Shown: positions 60,567 to 64,000 of the stretch, one piece after another
Numbering within the stretch: position 1 is the stretch's first letter
Layout: every line of letters begins with the position of its first letter
DNA from: a virus
Taxonomy: Duplodnaviria; Caudoviricetes
Reading direction: 5' to 3' (one strand)
IMG/VR virus record: IMGVR_UViG_3300027759_000044
DNA: 64,000 bases
The notes under the pieces: generated by a model
Database searches by the model: none
What the model saw: only the letters and a program-made list of their open reading frames with translations
What the model was told of the DNA's origin: nothing
Made by a program: the position numbers and the translations under genes

Positions 60567-60642
60567 ACAAAGTTTACAAAGTATGACATATTGGCTAAAG
60601 TTTAGTCAATTTAAAATTGAAGGAAAGTGTATAAAAAAATGA
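60472..60642 (+). CDS. 56-aa protein with hydrophobic N-terminus and two Cys (not in ORF track)
   Basis: SD GGAGAAGG; MWVLIILAVHMNDPKDIPGRVELTFQDKLSCEQSLQSMTYWLKFSQFKIEGKCIKK*; ends in an ATGA overlap with the GT2 start. Confidence 0.65.
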   Translation: MWVLIILAVHMNDPKDIPGRVELTFQDKLSCEQSLQSMTYWLKFSQFKIEGKCIKK

Positions 60643-61349
60643 AACTCAGTGATAAAATTACTATTGTTGTACCTTGTAAGAATGAAGAAAATTATATTCA
60701 TTATTTGTTAGATTCGTTGCGTAGTCAAGATATTGGTGATACTAGAGTTATCATTGCTGACTGTTCTACTGATAATACTAGACAAGTCATTAACGATAAC
60801 AGTGATTCATTGAATATTGAAATCATTGAGGGTGGTCCTGTTTCTATTGCTAAGAATAACGGAGCACGATTAGTTACTACTCCTTATATACTATTCATTG
60901 ATGCTGATGTTCGTTTCTTTAAAAATAATGTCATTTATGATGCTGTTAATAAAATTGACTCTATGAATTTGGATCTTGTTGGATTGAATATCAAATGTTA
61001 TGACAAAGACCCAAGAGCAATGCTCGGTTTCACTCTTTTTAATACAATAAACAACACATTGAAATATTTTTCACCCTTTGCAGTTGGAGCATTTATGCTA
61101 ACTCGTAAAGATAAGTTTATAGAATACGGTGGATTCCCCGAACAGTTCTCAACTTCCGAAGATTATTTTTTGTCAAGGAAATATAGCCCTAAAAAGTTCA
61201 GAATTGTTAAACATCACTTTGGTCAAGATAGTCGTAGATTTAAAAAGATGGGATATCTTGGTATGGGTAAATATTTAATAAAAAATTTTGTTAATCGCAA
61301 TAATAAAAAATACTGGGATAGTTTAGACTCATCTAAATATTGGTCGTGA
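60639..61349 (+). CDS. Glycosyltransferase family 2
   Basis: ITIVVPCKNEE, IIADCSTD, AKNNGA, LFIDAD, SED, DSRRF. ATG 60639 is coupled to the upstream TGA. Confidence 0.88.
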   Translation: MKLSDKITIVVPCKNEENYIHYLLDSLRSQDIGDTRVIIADCSTDNTRQVINDNSDSLNIEIIEGGPVSIAKNNGARLVTTPYILFIDADVRFFKNNVIYDAVNKIDSMNLDLVGLNIKCYDKDPRAMLGFTLFNTINNTLKYFSPFAVGAFMLTRKDKFIEYGGFPEQFSTSEDYFLSRKYSPKKFRIVKHHFGQDSRRFKKMGYLGMGKYLIKNFVNRNNKKYWDSLDSSKYWS

Positions 61350-61350
61350 T

Positions 61351-61372
61351 TTGTAACATCACTGTCACACAA
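61351..61372 (+). promoter_or_regulatory. Pho-box-like direct repeat
   Basis: TTGTAAC-ATCA-CTGTCAC-ACAA; the proximal half-site is a perfect consensus match. Confidence 0.65.
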
Positions 61373-61378
61373 TATCTA

Positions 61379-61385
61379 TTAAATA
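61379..61385 (+). promoter_or_regulatory. Late promoter element (TTAAATA) followed by a 5' hairpin
   Basis: Predicted +1 G61391 starts hairpin GTGCCA-TGG-TGGCAC; SD AAGGAG 61421-61426. Confidence 0.55.
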
Positions 61386-61432
61386 ATTATGTGCCATGGT
61401 GGCACACAAACTAACCCCACAAGGAGAAACCC

Positions 61433-62080
61433 ATGAGATTAGAAGATTTAGCCGCAAGATTAGTAGCTGTAGAAGCCAAATTAGCAAACCTAACTGGTAC
61501 AACAGTTAATACAGACAGTGCCACAAGCATTGAAGAACTAGACGCAAGACTTTCTGTAGTTGAAGTTCAGGTTGACCAATTAATCATTGAGAAAACAGAA
61601 GCTCACATTGGCGCTATTGTTGCCGCAGTAGCAAATGACGCACCAGTTGACGTAGCAGAAGTAGTTGCATTGTCATCAAGCGTATTCCATGAAGAAGCCG
61701 CTAGCATCGTTACTGATGTTGTTACAGCACAAACTGAAGCTGATCCAATTGTTCATACTGAAGTTGCTGATATTGTTTCAGCCGCTGTCATGGCAGTTGT
61801 TACAGCAGATCCAGAAGTTGTTATTGATCCAGTCGCAATCACAGAAGCTATCATGCAAGCAGTTGCTGATATGCCAGCCCCGACTCCAGAAGTAGCTCAA
61901 CAAGTTGCTGATGCAGTTGCGGAAGTTATCGCTACAGCTACAGGTGTTGAAGCAGTTGCCCCAGAAGTAACACAACAAATTGTGGAAGCAATCGCTACTC
62001 CTGCAGATCCTGCATTAGATGCAATTGAAGCACGTTTGAATATTGCTGAAGCAAAAGTTGATTTCTTGTTGGGAAAGTAA
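61433..62080 (+). CDS. Acidic Ala/Val-rich protein with terminal coiled coils, function unknown
   Basis: Strong SD; 215 aa without Cys, Trp or Tyr; three RLxxhE heptad motifs. Confidence 0.8.
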   Translation: MRLEDLAARLVAVEAKLANLTGTTVNTDSATSIEELDARLSVVEVQVDQLIIEKTEAHIGAIVAAVANDAPVDVAEVVALSSSVFHEEAASIVTDVVTAQTEADPIVHTEVADIVSAAVMAVVTADPEVVIDPVAITEAIMQAVADMPAPTPEVAQQVADAVAEVIATATGVEAVAPEVTQQIVEAIATPADPALDAIEARLNIAEAKVDFLLGK

Positions 62081-62162
62081 TAATTAGTATTAAACGTTGG
62101 TTTTTTACTCTTTTTAAATCGGACACAAAATAGCGTGTCGCTGGATTTGCGTAACCAGTACT

Positions 62163-62186
62163 AAGGGCCCTATAGGGCTCTTTTTT
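62163..62186 (+). terminator. Intrinsic terminator
   Basis: AAGGGCCC-TATA-GGGCTCTT stem-loop running into a T-tract (62181-62186). Confidence 0.75.
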
Positions 62187-62195
62187 ATTGGATAA

Positions 62196-62217
62196 TAGTA
62201 AAACAATTGTCATATTG
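62196..62217 (+). promoter_or_regulatory. Weaker Pho-box-like repeat
   Basis: TAGTAAA-ACAA-TTGTCAT-ATTG; proximal half-site near consensus, distal half degenerate. Confidence 0.5.
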
Positions 62218-62223
62218 CCTAGC

Positions 62224-62230
62224 ATAAATA
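62224..62230 (+). promoter_or_regulatory. Late promoter element (ATAAATA)
   Basis: 7 nt before ATG 62238. Confidence 0.6.
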
Positions 62231-62237
62231 CAGTACT

Positions 62238-63056
62238 ATGAAAAAACTACTACTATTATTATTCGTACTGATTAGTTCAGTTGTCCACGCACAATTACCA
62301 ACTAGTACTGTACCACTACCCGCTGATATTGCCGCAATTAAGAAAGCAAATGTTCTTATTGTGGCAATGACCAAAAAAGATAACCCTCCCTTCTTCAGTG
62401 GTGGCGAGGATGATATCAAAGGTCTTGACGTTGAAATTGCACGAAGAATAGGCGTAATGCTTGGAGTTCCTGTAAAATTTAGACGAGATGCCGAAAGTTT
62501 TGCTGAGGTTGTTGAACAAGTACGAGACGGGCGAGCAGATGTTGCAGTAAGTAAATTATCTGTCACAGCCCCTAGACTACAGGTTGTTAGATTCAGTGAT
62601 CCATATATTAAACTAAGACAAAGTTTAGTTATCAATCGTTTATGGTTAAGTCAAAACAGTCAAGGTAAAGAAACATATCAAGTCATTAGAGATTTTAACG
62701 GTAAGATAAGTTTTATTCGTAACTCAAGCTATGATACATTTGCCCGTATTAATTTCCCTAATGCTGTATTTCTTCCAGAAGATAAGTGGGACGTAATTAT
62801 CGATAAAGTTACACGTGGTGATATCGCAGCCGCTTATCGTGATGAATTTGAGATTAAGAAAATTGCTTTTGAAAAGCCAGATGCGGCAATCACAACAAAA
62901 AGTATTACAATCTCTGATAGCGTGGATAATATTGCTGTAGCAGTCAATCCTAAATCACTACAATTGTTAAGCATTATTAATTACGTTATTAAAAATGAAT
63001 ACAACAACATTGACACTAAAAAGTTAATGGATCGCTACAAAGCTGAAAAGAAATAA
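62238..63056 (+). CDS. Periplasmic amino-acid-type substrate-binding protein (SBP family 3)
   Basis: Signal peptide MKKLLLLLFVLISSVVHA; NPPFF...GLDVEIARRIG...ADVAVSKLSVTAPRLQVVRFSDPY. Confidence 0.85.
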   Translation: MKKLLLLLFVLISSVVHAQLPTSTVPLPADIAAIKKANVLIVAMTKKDNPPFFSGGEDDIKGLDVEIARRIGVMLGVPVKFRRDAESFAEVVEQVRDGRADVAVSKLSVTAPRLQVVRFSDPYIKLRQSLVINRLWLSQNSQGKETYQVIRDFNGKISFIRNSSYDTFARINFPNAVFLPEDKWDVIIDKVTRGDIAAAYRDEFEIKKIAFEKPDAAITTKSITISDSVDNIAVAVNPKSLQLLSIINYVIKNEYNNIDTKKLMDRYKAEKK

Positions 63057-63065
63057 GGACCTAGT

Positions 63066-64000
63066 ATGACAACCGCACATTTAAAATCGTTTTTAACAAG
63101 CCCGTGGACCATACTTGGTTCTATTATAGTGGGCGTACTGAGCGGCGTTTACGCACCTGAGTTCAGCATAAACTTTGACAGTATTGGTAGTATCTATATC
63201 AGCTTACTTAAAGTTGTTGTTCTTCCATTCTTATTAGCAACTATATTAGTTGGTATAATTGGCTTACTACAAAAAGAAGGTAGTCAACAACTAATTCGTA
63301 AAATCATTATTGGTTTTGTGTCTAGTATGTTCTTAGCCGCAATCATTGGTGTTGGTACAGTTCTTGTTACAGGAACTGAAATGACTCCTGAAAAGAAAAC
63401 ACAACTTGGTGTACTAGTTAATACTAAGGATAGTGGAACTGATTTGAACATCACTCTTAAAGAACCAATGCCTATAGCACCAGAAGTTAGTGCTGGTAAA
63501 ATGGCAGAGAAGTTTATTCCAGAGAATATTTTTAATACACTAAACAATGGTGAAAGTTTGAAGATTGTTATATTCTGTTTAATCTTTGGTGTTGCCCTTG
63601 GTCATCTACAAACTGAAGGTCAAAAGATGTTGGTTGAAGTACTTAAAAGCATTCAACAAGCAAGTATCAGCATCTTTAAGTTCTTAAACTACTTCTTACC
63701 AATAGCATTGTTAGCAATGATTGCCGCTCAAGTTGGTAAAGTAGGTGTAGGTATATTCTTAACTATGTTTGACTTTGTGTTCCAGCAATTCATTGGTGGA
63801 CTATTAGTAGTTGCCGCAGGTACTGCTATGATTTGGTGGAGGTCTGGATTAAGTCTCTCCACTGTTATCAAAGAAACTAAAGAAACATTGATTGTTGCTG
63901 TTAGTTCACGTAGCTCTTTAGCTTGCATCCCATACGCACAAGAAGCATTACATAAACTACACTTTGACAAAGGTGGAGTTGAATTAACAGTTCCGTTAAG
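63066..64000 (+). CDS. Dicarboxylate/amino-acid:cation symporter (DAACS, GltP/DctA family), runs off the window end (not in ORF track)
   Basis: SD AAGGA, ATG 63066; open to the end. YISLLKVVVLPF, FIPENIF, IVIFCLIFGVAL, LPIALLAMIAAQV and the HP1 serine motif SSRSSLACIP. Confidence 0.88.
   Translation, partial: MTTAHLKSFLTSPWTILGSIIVGVLSGVYAPEFSINFDSIGSIYISLLKVVVLPFLLATILVGIIGLLQKEGSQQLIRKIIIGFVSSMFLAAIIGVGTVLVTGTEMTPEKKTQLGVLVNTKDSGTDLNITLKEPMPIAPEVSAGKMAEKFIPENIFNTLNNGESLKIVIFCLIFGVALGHLQTEGQKMLVEVLKSIQQASISIFKFLNYFLPIALLAMIAAQVGKVGVGIFLTMFDFVFQQFIGGLLVVAAGTAMIWWRSGLSLSTVIKETKETLIVAVSSRSSLACIPYAQEALHKLHFDKGGVELTVPL

Noticed and set aside
61346-61362. GTGAT-N7-ATCAC palindrome as a CRP/FNR site
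   Set aside because: Spacing fits neither TGTGA-N6-TCACA nor TTGAT-N4-ATCAA; the overlapping 11-bp direct repeat matches the two neighbouring promoters better.
1-64000. Stop-codon reassignment (alternative genetic code)
   Set aside because: Genes tile densely under the standard code, including a 17.75-kb ORF; TAA, TGA and TAG (37129-37131) all end genes at overlap junctions.

Overview
AT-rich segment of a large T4-like (myovirus-type) phage genome, almost all on the + strand. 1-32.5 kb is a contractile-tail baseplate and fibre module: tube initiator-like, gp53/LysM-like, gp27-like, gp5-like, gp25, gp6, a 5917-aa modular protein and tail-fibre proteins. 32.5-55.8 kb is a glycan/cofactor-chemistry island: glycosyltransferases, six radical-SAM enzymes, three SGNH-fold proteins, a carbamoyltransferase, a 1249-aa repeat protein and one inverted epimerase/C-methyltransferase cassette. 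55.8-56.1 kb holds a circularly permuted (two-piece) tmRNA gene, tag ANDSQFALAA. 56.2-59.7 kb encodes secreted/membrane proteins of unknown function. 59.7-64 kb is a nutrient module. Three consecutive units there (PlcP-like metallophosphoesterase + GT2; an acidic coiled-coil protein; an amino-acid-type binding protein + DAACS symporter) each have a Pho-box-like repeat exactly 11 nt upstream of a T4-like late-promoter TAAATA. That apparently phosphate-responsive, late-promoter-coupled lipid-remodelling/uptake regulon and the permuted tmRNA are the most striking observations. All calls come from reading motifs by eye; no searches were run.
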